Source: a virus (lineage: Duplodnaviria > Caudoviricetes). Taken from it: 64,000 bases of DNA. The stretch is from positions 64,001 through 128,000 of the IMG/VR virus record IMGVR_UViG_3300026258_000271. One strand, given 5' to 3'. The translations under genes and the position numbers were made by a program. The notes beneath the pieces are model-generated. The model ran no database searches and was not told the DNA's origin. It saw only the letters and a list, made by a program, of their open reading frames with translations. Within the stretch, counting starts at the first letter, position 1; every line of letters begins with the position of its first letter. Positions 49,217 to 59,203 of this stretch are shown here, piece after piece.

Positions 49217-50158
49217 ATGGCATTCAGGAAACTAGTAGGGTCCTACAAAGATTACAACTTATCAACACACATCTTGGAAGACGGTTATCTAGCAGTAGAT
49301 GTAGATACAGGTAGTTTAAGATTAGGTGATGGAACAACAGCCGGCGGTATTTCTGTTGGTGGAGGTGGTGGAGGTGGCTCCGCATCTGGATTAAAATTTG
49401 GAGACACTACATCATCAACTATTTCAATTGCCGATGGTGCCACGTTAAATCTTGTTGGTACAGGCGGTGTTACTGCAACAGTCAGTGGCGACACTTTGAC
49501 CATTGATGGTTCAGGTGTTTCGGGAGGTGGCGGAGGTGCCAGCAGTCTTGGAGATTTGACTGCTGTTGGATCAACTTTAACTGCACCGAGCAATGCTGAC
49601 CTTACTCTCGTGTCCAGCAATGGAAATGTTGTAATTGAAGGAATCAGAATAGCAGGAACCACAATATCAACTGAAGATTCAAGTCCAGGTATCGAAATAT
49701 CAGGTAATCTTATACCTAGTCAGGACGGAGTATTCCAACTTGGATCCTCAACACGTAGATGGCAGACAGCATATCTATCAGCAGAAACAATTGATCTAGG
49801 TGGAGCAACCATATCATCAGATGGAACAGGTACAATCGAAATTGCGGCAACAGGTGCTACACTGCCTGAAGGATCTAAAGTAAAATCAGGTGTTACAACG
49901 CAAAATATACAGTTGCAAGGAAAAACTTCTGCAACAGCAAACAGACCTATACAGTTAGTAAAAGTATTTGTAAGTGACGGCACTACCACATTCACAGACG
50001 CAGAACTTTTGGCCAAAGAAGGCGATCTGGAGTTGGAATTCAACGGCACAATCGAAGAAATTCCTGTTTATACAGAAGCACAACAAACATTTACATTATC
50101 AAACGGTACTTCTCTACAATCACAATACAGCACTAGAAACACGCTGTTTCAATTTTAA
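49217..50158 (+). CDS. Virion fibre-associated protein
   Basis: N-terminal LRLGDGTTAGG (Mtd_N-like), poly-Gly linkers, LIPSQDGVFQLGSSTRRW. Confidence 0.65.
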   Translation: MAFRKLVGSYKDYNLSTHILEDGYLAVDVDTGSLRLGDGTTAGGISVGGGGGGGSASGLKFGDTTSSTISIADGATLNLVGTGGVTATVSGDTLTIDGSGVSGGGGGASSLGDLTAVGSTLTAPSNADLTLVSSNGNVVIEGIRIAGTTISTEDSSPGIEISGNLIPSQDGVFQLGSSTRRWQTAYLSAETIDLGGATISSDGTGTIEIAATGATLPEGSKVKSGVTTQNIQLQGKTSATANRPIQLVKVFVSDGTTTFTDAELLAKEGDLELEFNGTIEEIPVYTEAQQTFTLSNGTSLQSQYSTRNTLFQF

Positions 50159-50236
50159 TCTTACGATAAATATCTACAATATAAAGGAAATGAATGCATT
50201 CCGTGAGTTCAAGAAGGCGGAGCACAGAATTGAGTT

Positions 50237-52174
50237 ATGGCTGATAAAACACCGGTACGAGTAGTCTTTAATGCATCTAATGTAGCCACGGGGATGGCAG
50301 AATTCCAATCGGGGGAAACGGTACCAGTAGCAAATGGTGGTACAGGCCTTTCATCAATTGGTTCAGCAGGACAGGTTTTAAAAGTAAATGCGGCAGGATC
50401 TGGTTTAGAATTTGGCGCTGAGGGTGACATCTCAATTACAAACTTGGTAGCACCAACTAACGCAGATTTAACATTCACAACATCAGGCACAGGAAACATT
50501 GTTCTTGATGCAGTCACAGTAAGGGGCACAACTTTTAGTGCCGCTGACTCAACTAAAATTACAATAGCAGAAGCACTTGATGTAACAGGTGCTTTGACAT
50601 TTTCAGGACTTACACTTCCAACATCAGATGGAACAGTAGGGCAATTTTTAAAAACAGATGGATCAGGCACATTATCATTTGCAAGTGTTTCGGTAGGTGA
50701 TTTAGATATAGTTGGATCATCGATAGCCTCGCCAAGCAACGCAGATTTGACTTTGGACCCAAGCGGTTCAGGTAGCATTAAATTGAACGCCGCGACCGAT
50801 GTAACAGGTACATTAACAGCAACATCTTTAAACATTGCCAGCGATGGTGCGACAGTGACAGGCATCAAAGATGAAGATAACATGGCGTCCGATAGTGCAA
50901 CAAAATTGGCAACACAGCAATCTATAAAAGCATTTGTTGAAAGTGGCACACATACATTAACAAATAAAACTTTAACGAATCCAACAATCAATGCATTCAC
51001 TGGCACAGGCAATGGCAGTATAACAGGAACTTTAAGTATTGCAAACACAACTACAGACGATTCGTTATTGCTTACAAGCACAGAAGATTCAAACAGTGGG
51101 GCACCAGTTTTAACTTTAAAGAGAAACAGTTCAAGTCCGGCGGATGCCGACTACCTGGGTAGGATCAAATTCAAAGGTGAGAATGATGCAGATCAGGAAG
51201 TTCAGTACGGATCTATATCAGGAAAAATACTAGATGCTTCGGATGGTACAGAAGATGGTGCGATAGAATTCAATGTAAAGAAAGCAGGCTCAAATAATAT
51301 CGCAGTAAGAATTAATAGTGACACAGTAAAATTATTGAACAATACTGATTTAGAAGTGCATGGATTAACTTATCCAACTTCTGATGGTTCCGCAGGTCAA
51401 TTCATGACCACAGATGGATCGGGTAATTTATCCTTTGCAAGTGTATCGGTTGGTGACTTTACTTTCACAGGCTCAACAATGAGCTCACCATCAAATGCAG
51501 ATATTACTTTAGACCCAAGTGGATCTGGTGACATTCAATTGAAAGCAAACACAGTCATAACAGGAAATTTGACGGTATCAGGTACGCAGACTACACTTGA
51601 AACAACAACATTAGTTGTTGAAGATCCGTTGTTAGAAATGGCGAAAAATAATTCAGGTGGTATAGCAAATACCATGGACCAAGGATTATTTTTCAACAGA
51701 GGATCATTGGCCAATGTTTCATTCCTGTGGGATGAATCCGCTGATGAATTTGCTTTTGCCGTTACTTCAGGAGAGGACGGAACTACTACAGGAAATGTAA
51801 CAATTGACTCTTATGCGAACTTAAGAGTAGGCACAGTTAGTACAACAGGAAACGTTGTGCTTGGCGAAGATGCCGTGGTTGTATTCGAAGGTGCAAGTGA
51901 TAATACTAACGAGACAACTTTAACAGTAGTTGATCCAACAGCAGATAGAACAATTAGTTTACCAAATAAATCAGGTACTCTTGCCATGGATACGGATTTA
52001 AATTTCCCTGCATCAACACTAGCGGCACACCCAGCCGCATCTGGAGACGCTGATTTAGGCTCTAATTTAACTGCCGCAGTACTTGATGCTTTTGGCATAC
52101 CAGTTGATAACATATACGACATGGTTGAGCCAAGGGGATCCACATCAACCGTCGATTTAGGGGCGTTTAGTTAA
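50237..52174 (+). CDS. Repetitive virion fibre protein
   Basis: VANGGTG, repeated PSNADxTLDPSGSG and PTSDGxxGQFLKTDGSGxLSF modules. Confidence 0.75.
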   Translation: MADKTPVRVVFNASNVATGMAEFQSGETVPVANGGTGLSSIGSAGQVLKVNAAGSGLEFGAEGDISITNLVAPTNADLTFTTSGTGNIVLDAVTVRGTTFSAADSTKITIAEALDVTGALTFSGLTLPTSDGTVGQFLKTDGSGTLSFASVSVGDLDIVGSSIASPSNADLTLDPSGSGSIKLNAATDVTGTLTATSLNIASDGATVTGIKDEDNMASDSATKLATQQSIKAFVESGTHTLTNKTLTNPTINAFTGTGNGSITGTLSIANTTTDDSLLLTSTEDSNSGAPVLTLKRNSSSPADADYLGRIKFKGENDADQEVQYGSISGKILDASDGTEDGAIEFNVKKAGSNNIAVRINSDTVKLLNNTDLEVHGLTYPTSDGSAGQFMTTDGSGNLSFASVSVGDFTFTGSTMSSPSNADITLDPSGSGDIQLKANTVITGNLTVSGTQTTLETTTLVVEDPLLEMAKNNSGGIANTMDQGLFFNRGSLANVSFLWDESADEFAFAVTSGEDGTTTGNVTIDSYANLRVGTVSTTGNVVLGEDAVVVFEGASDNTNETTLTVVDPTADRTISLPNKSGTLAMDTDLNFPASTLAAHPAASGDADLGSNLTAAVLDAFGIPVDNIYDMVEPRGSTSTVDLGAFS

Positions 52175-52222
52175 TATGTTCATAACAATAAATATAAGCA
52201 ATAAGGAAAATAGGAATTAAAA

Positions 52223-54361
52223 ATGCCAACAGCACTGCAATTTAGACGGGGAACGACATCACAAAACAACTCATTTACAGGAGTTGTGGGTGAACTTACT
52301 GTCGACACAGATCTAGATACAATCGTAGTACATGATGGCTCAACAGCAGGTGGTTTTCAAATTACCCAAAATAATGCTGTACAAACTTTAACAAATAAAA
52401 CACTTACAAATCCAACAATTAATGGTGGTACATTCAGTGGTACATTCACTGGTACAATATCACCCGGACAGGTTACAACCAATTCAATTATATCTAATGG
52501 TTCGAATGCAGATATCAGCATCCAACCTAGCGGCACAGGTGATATACTATTAAGTGCATTAAGAGTAAATGGAACAACATTAGACAGTTCAGACTCAACG
52601 AAAATCACAATAGCAGAAAATGTTGATGTTACAGGAACTTTAAGCGTAGAAGGAGCATTGAGTTCATCTACAAGTTTAGCATTAGCCTCAGGAGCAACAG
52701 TAACAGGTATTGCCGACGAAGACAACATGTCAAGCAACAGTAACACATTGTTAGCAACACAGCAGTCAATCAAAGCGTATGTAGATGCACAACTAACAGC
52801 AGAAGATCTTGACTTCCAAGCAGACTCAGGTGGTGCATTAGCAATCGATCTAGACAGCGAAACAATGACATTTACTGGTGGCACAGGTATTGACACATCA
52901 GGATCAGGCAACACAATTACATTCGCGATAGACTCTACCGTTGCCACACTCACAGGGTCACAAACACTTACGAACAAAGTGTTAACATCACCAACGATTG
53001 CTACACCTACAATAACCGGCAATGCTACAATTGGAGAGATTACAACAAATAAAATTACATCAAATGGATCAAACGCAGAATTATCACTACAAGCAAGTGG
53101 TACAGGAGATGTCTTAATCAGTGCATTAAGAGTAAATGGAACAACATTAGATTCAGCGGATTCAACAAAGATTACAATAGCAGAGGCACTAGATGTAACA
53201 GGTGCTTTGGTTTACAATGGCTTTACAATGCCGACTACAGACGGTTCAGATGGACAAGCAATCGTTACAGACGGTTCTAAAACTTTAAGTTTTGCAACAG
53301 TAAGCACAGAATCTAACGCTTCAGATGACACAACTGCAACTGCTGTTACACAATTACAAATCAGCAACAGTGCAAAAACTATTGACTCATTTGTATCTAG
53401 TTTCCAAGACAGTGCATTATACTATTGTGTATCAAAAGATTACAATACAGATACAGTAAACATTCAGAAAGTTTCATTATGCCACAACGACAGCGATGCA
53501 TTTGTATCGGCAGTTGGTGCGAAATCAGGTACCAACACAGCAGGCACAGACATGACGGCATTCACAGCGGCACTAACAAATGGTATCGTACAATTGAAAG
53601 CACAGACTCCAAATGCGGCGGGAGGTGCAATATCTTTCCTACAGTTTGGGTTAGGAGATAACACATCTGCAGGCACATCAGGCAACGTGATTATCACACA
53701 GAATACAGATGTTGATTCAGCATCAGAATCACTTGTTAGTTTTGCTCATTCAACTTTTAGAGGTGCAAAATTGTTTATATCAATTAACAACAATGCTAAA
53801 ACTGAAGTTGGAAACATGGAAGCACTTGTTGTGCATGATGGCAGTGATGCATATATTTTACCATACAATGGAATGCAATCAGGAGACAATCCACTGCTAA
53901 CATTAACAGCGGCAATTGACGGAAGTAACGTTGTTGTCTCAGCGGCAGGTGGTGAACCAAACTTGAGGGTTACTGTTTCTGCAATTATGTTGAAAGACAC
54001 AATGACAGCAACAGGTACACAATTTGATAACATCCTTGCTATTGCTCCGGTGACAGTTTCTTCAACTGCAACTGAAATAGACGCAATGCCGGCCGATGCT
54101 AACAACGGAGCAGTGTATTACTGTGTTAGTAAAAATACTGCTGAAGGTTCTTATGCCGTGCATGAAGTTTTCCTAGCACTTGGGCCAGGAGATGCAACTG
54201 TGGCAAGTGGACCGTATGTTAGTACAAAAGGTACACACCAACTAGATTTTACTGCTGAATACAAAAGCACAGGAAAAAACACAGGTGCTTTGAAGGCATC
54301 TTCTACTTCTGGTGCATCAACTACTGTAAGTTCGTATAGAATAAACGCATTAGCGAAATAG
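52223..54361 (+). CDS. Virion fibre protein with Mtd_N-like N-terminus
   Basis: LQFRRGT..FTGVVGELTVDTD..VVHDGSTAGG; internal repeats; three related C-terminal beta domains. Confidence 0.75.
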   Translation: MPTALQFRRGTTSQNNSFTGVVGELTVDTDLDTIVVHDGSTAGGFQITQNNAVQTLTNKTLTNPTINGGTFSGTFTGTISPGQVTTNSIISNGSNADISIQPSGTGDILLSALRVNGTTLDSSDSTKITIAENVDVTGTLSVEGALSSSTSLALASGATVTGIADEDNMSSNSNTLLATQQSIKAYVDAQLTAEDLDFQADSGGALAIDLDSETMTFTGGTGIDTSGSGNTITFAIDSTVATLTGSQTLTNKVLTSPTIATPTITGNATIGEITTNKITSNGSNAELSLQASGTGDVLISALRVNGTTLDSADSTKITIAEALDVTGALVYNGFTMPTTDGSDGQAIVTDGSKTLSFATVSTESNASDDTTATAVTQLQISNSAKTIDSFVSSFQDSALYYCVSKDYNTDTVNIQKVSLCHNDSDAFVSAVGAKSGTNTAGTDMTAFTAALTNGIVQLKAQTPNAAGGAISFLQFGLGDNTSAGTSGNVIITQNTDVDSASESLVSFAHSTFRGAKLFISINNNAKTEVGNMEALVVHDGSDAYILPYNGMQSGDNPLLTLTAAIDGSNVVVSAAGGEPNLRVTVSAIMLKDTMTATGTQFDNILAIAPVTVSSTATEIDAMPADANNGAVYYCVSKNTAEGSYAVHEVFLALGPGDATVASGPYVSTKGTHQLDFTAEYKSTGKNTGALKASSTSGASTTVSSYRINALAK
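52553..53151 (+). repeat. 32 bp exact direct repeat inside a fibre gene
   Basis: agtgcattaagagtaaatggaacaacattaga at 52553-52584 and 53120-53151. Confidence 0.9.
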
Positions 54362-54418
54362 CATCAAATCATTATAAATACAGTACATTAACAACAATCA
54401 TGCGGGAGATATGGAACC

Positions 54419-55456
54419 ATGACAACACGTAACTTTAGAGTTAACAACGGTATTGAAGTAGGCGATATTACGATATCAGCATCTACTAATAAAATTACCG
54501 GCGGTAGCACAGCGGCACCATCAGGAGACGGTGATTTCGCTAACAAAAAATACGTCGACGATTCAATCGCGGCGGTATCAACAACTGCAATTTCGCAACT
54601 TAACACATCAGTAGCATGTACAGACACAGGTACAGACGGAAAAGTCTTGATCACTTGTGACGGTAATGCTGAATTAACAATTACTGATTCAGGTGTAAGA
54701 GTACACGGCGACTTGACAGTAGACGGAAGTGAAACTGTAATTAACACAGCGACACTATCAGTTGAGGACAACATCATCGAAGTAAACAGAAACATTTCAT
54801 CTAATTCAGGAATGCCTGCTTACTCAGGATTAAAAATTAACAGAGGTCAAACATCAGCGGCGACAGAACAAGACTTGTTCTGGGTATGGGATGAAGGCTT
54901 TAACGATGGCGACAGTACTATATTTGGTAATGCAGGCGGTGCCTTTACGGCATTGAGAGCATCAACAGGTACAGACAACCAATCTGAAATTACATCAACA
55001 GAGACCAATTTGGTTGATATAAGATGTAATGTGGTACACGCCCTAGCAACTTCGGCCCAGTACGCGGACGTTGCCGAGCGTTTCGAAGCAGACGCTCCTA
55101 TGTCAGCAGGCGCAGTAGTAATGGTAGGCGGTGAAGCAGAAATCACAGAAACAACATCAGAATTATCTGATCAAGTTTTTGGTGTTATATCTGATAATCC
55201 AGCATATGCCATGAACGCGGCGGCAGGTAACAACGAATCACATCCTTTCGTTGCAATGACTGGAAGAACTCCAGTAAGAGTAACAGGAGAAGTAACTAAA
55301 GGACAAAGATTAGTTAGTTCAACAGTAAAAGGTTGTGCAAGAGCAGTAGCAACAGGTGAATCAATTTCACCATTCCAAGTTATTGGTAGAGCATTAGAAA
55401 GTTCAACAGACGCAGGTATCAAATTGGTAAACTGTGCAGTGAGAACAAACAACTAA
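54419..55456 (+). CDS. Fibre protein with C-terminal peptidase G2/IMC-like domain
   Basis: ATSAQYADVAERF..GVISDNPAYAMN..VAMTGRTPVRV..IGRALE. Confidence 0.7.
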   Translation: MTTRNFRVNNGIEVGDITISASTNKITGGSTAAPSGDGDFANKKYVDDSIAAVSTTAISQLNTSVACTDTGTDGKVLITCDGNAELTITDSGVRVHGDLTVDGSETVINTATLSVEDNIIEVNRNISSNSGMPAYSGLKINRGQTSAATEQDLFWVWDEGFNDGDSTIFGNAGGAFTALRASTGTDNQSEITSTETNLVDIRCNVVHALATSAQYADVAERFEADAPMSAGAVVMVGGEAEITETTSELSDQVFGVISDNPAYAMNAAAGNNESHPFVAMTGRTPVRVTGEVTKGQRLVSSTVKGCARAVATGESISPFQVIGRALESSTDAGIKLVNCAVRTNN

Positions 55457-55484
55457 TAAATAATTTTACTTTTTAGTAGAACAT

Positions 55485-55514
55485 AAAGGGCGGTGGAAAC
55501 ATCGCCCTTTTTTT
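55485..55514 (+). terminator. Intrinsic terminator
   Basis: aaagggcggtg-gaaa-catcgcccttt followed by a T-run. Confidence 0.85.
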
Positions 55515-56087
55515 ATGACTTTACAAACAGACGGCACAGATAAAAATGGCAACTATGATATTCTTCATGAATATCTGCGTGGAAAACATTTACGCAGGTT
55601 AATAGACATTGGTGCATGGTGGGGGCCATGGTCACTGTTTTGGCAACCACGTGCAGAGAAAATTGAAATTTTTGAACCAAACAAAAGGATCTTGCCAATG
55701 TTAGAAAATAACATTTCCGAATTTTCTAATTGCACACTACACAAAACAGCATTGGGTAACTACCAGGGAAAAGTGTCAATGGAGTATGAATCACACTCTG
55801 GAACAAATCATATCACTAAATTAAGTGGTGATGTAAATTTGACAACGCTAGACAGTTTTAAATTTGAAAACGTAGATGTGATAAAAATTGATGTTGAAGG
55901 TTATGAAATTTCGGTACTTGAAGGTGCAAAAGAAACAGTGATGAGGGAGAAACCAATAATTCAAATAGAAGCAAATAAGTCGGGAAAAAGATACGGAAAG
56001 ACTAAAATTGACATACTTGAAATGCTTTCAGGTTGGGGAATGAAAAGATTAATAAAAAAATGGCCCGACCAAGTGTGGGCGTTTTAA
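55515..56087 (+). CDS. FkbM family methyltransferase
   Basis: IDIGAWWG, FEP, ALG, IKIDVEGYE..VLEGA, PIIQIE. Confidence 0.85.
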   Translation: MTLQTDGTDKNGNYDILHEYLRGKHLRRLIDIGAWWGPWSLFWQPRAEKIEIFEPNKRILPMLENNISEFSNCTLHKTALGNYQGKVSMEYESHSGTNHITKLSGDVNLTTLDSFKFENVDVIKIDVEGYEISVLEGAKETVMREKPIIQIEANKSGKRYGKTKIDILEMLSGWGMKRLIKKWPDQVWAF

Positions 56088-56512
56088 ACAATCAAATCGA
56101 GAATAGTTTGAAGTTTACCTTTAATACTTTTATTATTAAGAGTGTTCCTTAAACCCATGTGTAGATTCTTAGGCCAACACTCAAAAGAAGTCCAACAGTA
56201 TCCTGAATGTTCTCCATTTAGTTTAGGTATAAATTCTGTTTCTAGTGCAATTAGATAAGTGTGAAAATAAAATTTTTGATCGTTTGATGTAAACATTTCT
56301 AAAGGAATTACTTTTTTGAACTTAGGTGTTGCACCAACTTCTTCCTCAATTTCTCTCTTTAGTCCTTCAAACGCACTCTCAGAATACTTCGCCTGTCCAC
56401 CGACCAATCCCCACATGCCTTGTGTTTTCTTTGCTGTCCTCTGCAGAAATAAAAAACGTTTGGTGCTAGTAGAATAGAACAACGCTCCAGAACAAATTAT
56501 ATTTTCTTTCAT
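56084..56512 (-). CDS. NUDIX hydrolase
   Basis: Nudix box GG..SESAFEGLKREIEEEVG. Confidence 0.9.
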   Translation of the reverse strand: MKENIICSGALFYSTSTKRFLFLQRTAKKTQGMWGLVGGQAKYSESAFEGLKREIEEEVGATPKFKKVIPLEMFTSNDQKFYFHTYLIALETEFIPKLNGEHSGYCWTSFECWPKNLHMGLRNTLNNKSIKGKLQTILDLIV

Positions 56513-56517
56513 AATAT

Positions 56518-56546
56518 ATTATAACAATTTAACAAAAAATTATCAA
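56518..56546 (-). promoter_or_regulatory. Sigma70-type promoter for NUDIX gene
   Basis: TTGATA-17 nt-TATAAT with extended -10 TG; ATG 5 nt downstream. Confidence 0.7.
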
Positions 56547-57988
56547 GGAGTAGTAGCATCTTGGCCAGATGCATCGTCATTTGCCACAAATCCACCATCA
56601 AGTACAATGCTCCAATTACCAGCAGTATACACACCCTCGTATGACTTCACCCACTCTGTGCCATTGAATCTATACTGAATCCCTGTGTTCAAGTTTGTTA
56701 CATAATGTTGCGTACTGTCTGGGTTAGAGGCATCAAAAGCGATATTCCACTTGCTTGTTGTACCATTGTATTCTATGATATCACCAACACTAGCGACCAA
56801 ACTGCCCCACGTTGCACTCTGAAAGGATGCTGACGAATCTCCAACATCATTAATCACAAGATACCTATCACCGTCTGTAGGAGTGCCTGGATCAAATGTT
56901 GCAGGGTTAATTATTTTCTTGACTGCTGTCAGTGTGCTACTAGGTATTGTATCGTCATCTATGCTGTATAATAGTATTGTATCGTCTAATGTAGTTGTAG
57001 CAATAGTGCCTACAATTTCGTTCCCATTTGGTTGTGTCAATCTTATTTGTGATGTGCCATTTGTAACTTTGCCGTATTGGTCAAGCAAAAGTTTCCAGTT
57101 TAATGGTGGACCAAACGTTTCAAAAGGATCTGCTAATCCAGGATCATTTGCCCCTGAGTAATACCCATCACCACCAGATTTGGCACTTATTCCTGTTGTT
57201 CCTAAAAGTCTTAATTGGTTTCCTGAAACTAACAGTCCATAGTTGTTTGGTGTGACATAACTTCTTGAAATGAGATCTCCATCTATCAATCCTTTGGCCA
57301 TTCCGCCATCATCGTCGTAGATACTCATAATGATTTTCTGTACAACTCCTAATTTTTTAACTTTCACAGGAGGTGATAACCATATTGGCATACTGAATGT
57401 CAATGTTGCGACATCTATCTCTGTATCTGCTCCTACAGGTATAGTTCTGCTACTAAAAGTAATACCTGTAAGTTCAACGTAACTTAAAGATGTCCAGTCT
57501 ATGTAGTTGTCTGTCTTCTGTATTTCGAAATCTGGATTGAAGAGATATAGTATCTGCTCCATGATTTGTAATTTTTGATCGGTATTTGTGGTCCATATAT
57601 CTGCTGACACTTCCAACCTAAAAGGTGACGGCATTACCTTCTCAACTGTGTACCCTGCACCTAATTGATTGGTGTAGTTGCCATCACTGTCTACGTCTCT
57701 TTCTTTAAGATGTTGCTTTTCGACGTGATAAGGATTCTGCATTCTGTCTCGATCATAGTTCAATTCTCGCACATATGCGGCAATTCTTGGAGCATACTGT
57801 AAAGCATTTTCTGAATTGTTCCTTATTATATTAGCAACCTGTCTTGTTGGATCTCCGTACACCACTGGCACTGCTCTCAACGCCACTTGTCCGTCTTTGC
57901 CTCTACCTTGCTCAACAGAAAAGTTGCTCAAAATCCTTATAAATTGAGTCAAAAACTTCCTAACCTGTCCGTCGTAAAAGTGTAACAT
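56543..57988 (-). CDS. gp15: Tail sheath stabiliser / tail completion protein (gp15-like)
   Basis: HFYDGQVRK..VPVVYG..QIMEQILYLFNPD..PPVKVKK; follows the gp14-like gene. Confidence 0.75.
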   Translation of the reverse strand: MLHFYDGQVRKFLTQFIRILSNFSVEQGRGKDGQVALRAVPVVYGDPTRQVANIIRNNSENALQYAPRIAAYVRELNYDRDRMQNPYHVEKQHLKERDVDSDGNYTNQLGAGYTVEKVMPSPFRLEVSADIWTTNTDQKLQIMEQILYLFNPDFEIQKTDNYIDWTSLSYVELTGITFSSRTIPVGADTEIDVATLTFSMPIWLSPPVKVKKLGVVQKIIMSIYDDDGGMAKGLIDGDLISRSYVTPNNYGLLVSGNQLRLLGTTGISAKSGGDGYYSGANDPGLADPFETFGPPLNWKLLLDQYGKVTNGTSQIRLTQPNGNEIVGTIATTTLDDTILLYSIDDDTIPSSTLTAVKKIINPATFDPGTPTDGDRYLVINDVGDSSASFQSATWGSLVASVGDIIEYNGTTSKWNIAFDASNPDSTQHYVTNLNTGIQYRFNGTEWVKSYEGVYTAGNWSIVLDGGFVANDDASGQDATTP

Positions 57989-57990
57989 TC

Positions 57991-59160
57991 TTAATTGTCA
58001 GCCTTTGGTTTTAATGCGTTAGATAACGATTGTCTTTGTTTAGTAGTTAATCCGTTTATGGTGTCTTCGGTTGTGTTATTGACAAATCCAGTTTTGTAAT
58101 TCACCCTAGAGTCATCATTTGTCATGCTTATTCTAACTGAATCCTCTATTTTTACCCATCTATTTCCGTCATAACGGAACAATCTATTAGGCAAGTAATC
58201 AGTACGTAAGAAATAATCGCCTTTGTCGACATTGGCACTAGGAAAACTGATTCCAAAGCCTGCGGGATTTCCGTTTGGTGCAACTCCGTCGCCGTCTAGA
58301 TAAAAACCATAGTGTGAACCTGCTGGCGTGTCTATCACAGCATTAACTTTTTTATCACCACTTACTCTTGTTTCTTCATTATTAACATTATCAGTCCTGA
58401 TATTGCCTCTTTCATCAATTGGTGCAACATAATATTGCTTGTAGTTGAAACCTGACTTCGGTGCATTAAGTTCTGCTTCAGCAACTACTTGGTCATTTAT
58501 TGTTTTTTCTCTGTTGAAAGTTGACATATAACTTGCAAGTGAATTTTCTGTTGCGGCATCTCCTAGGATATCTCTGTATTCCTGTGAGTCTACTAGGGAT
58601 TTAAGTTTAAGTCTAAGTAGATGTGGCCACCATGTTTGTGAAAATCCTTCAGCGGCTCTGTTTACATCTTCAACAACATAATATCTTTTAAGTGCAATTG
58701 GTATGCTTTCATCTAAAGAATAGTCTTCTTTCATGTGTGGGAATTCGATAACATCACCACTCATTGGTTTTCTACCTAATCTTTCAACAACGTCATTCAT
58801 GTGTACAGTCAAAAATAGTGTGTCATTTGATAGGAACATTCCAAACTGTGAAAGGTTGAAATCTTGATCTTGGACGTTGTAGATTCCTCTTATTACATAG
58901 ATATCTGCGTCATATTTTCTGTCTCTGTTTTCTAAAAACAGTAAATCTTGGATCGTTCTCTCGTTTAGGCCATCCCCAGAATACTGTGGTTGTGTCGGGG
59001 TGGCTTCACCGTCCTTGTTTGTTTCTCCCTGATCATAGGGACCAAGATATTTGTGAAAATGTAGGTCCGTCCCACCAACCGTAAACATCTCTTTTATGTT
59101 ACGATCGAAGAACTTGTAGTCATTGCCCTTTTCAGGCTTAAAAATGGATAATCTTGGCAT
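57991..59160 (-). CDS. gp14: Neck/head closure protein (gp14-like)
   Basis: LSQFGMFL..GRKPMSGDVIEFPH; start at MPRLS. Confidence 0.7.
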   Translation of the reverse strand: MPRLSIFKPEKGNDYKFFDRNIKEMFTVGGTDLHFHKYLGPYDQGETNKDGEATPTQPQYSGDGLNERTIQDLLFLENRDRKYDADIYVIRGIYNVQDQDFNLSQFGMFLSNDTLFLTVHMNDVVERLGRKPMSGDVIEFPHMKEDYSLDESIPIALKRYYVVEDVNRAAEGFSQTWWPHLLRLKLKSLVDSQEYRDILGDAATENSLASYMSTFNREKTINDQVVAEAELNAPKSGFNYKQYYVAPIDERGNIRTDNVNNEETRVSGDKKVNAVIDTPAGSHYGFYLDGDGVAPNGNPAGFGISFPSANVDKGDYFLRTDYLPNRLFRYDGNRWVKIEDSVRISMTNDDSRVNYKTGFVNNTTEDTINGLTTKQRQSLSNALKPKADN

Positions 59161-59166
59161 ATCACA

Positions 59167-59200
59167 CATATTTATTGCACAGGCAAAGGCAATAAATATG
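59167..59200. promoter_or_regulatory. Back-to-back late promoters in a perfect 12 bp inverted repeat
   Basis: catatttattgc-N10-gcaataaatatg; each arm carries AATAAATA pointing to a neck gene. Confidence 0.75.
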
Positions 59201-59203
59201 AGT

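Noticed and set aside
52223-54361. Diversity-generating retroelement suggested by the Mtd_N-like domain
   Set aside because: No reverse transcriptase and no template/variable repeat pair with adenine-specific mismatches seen in this window.
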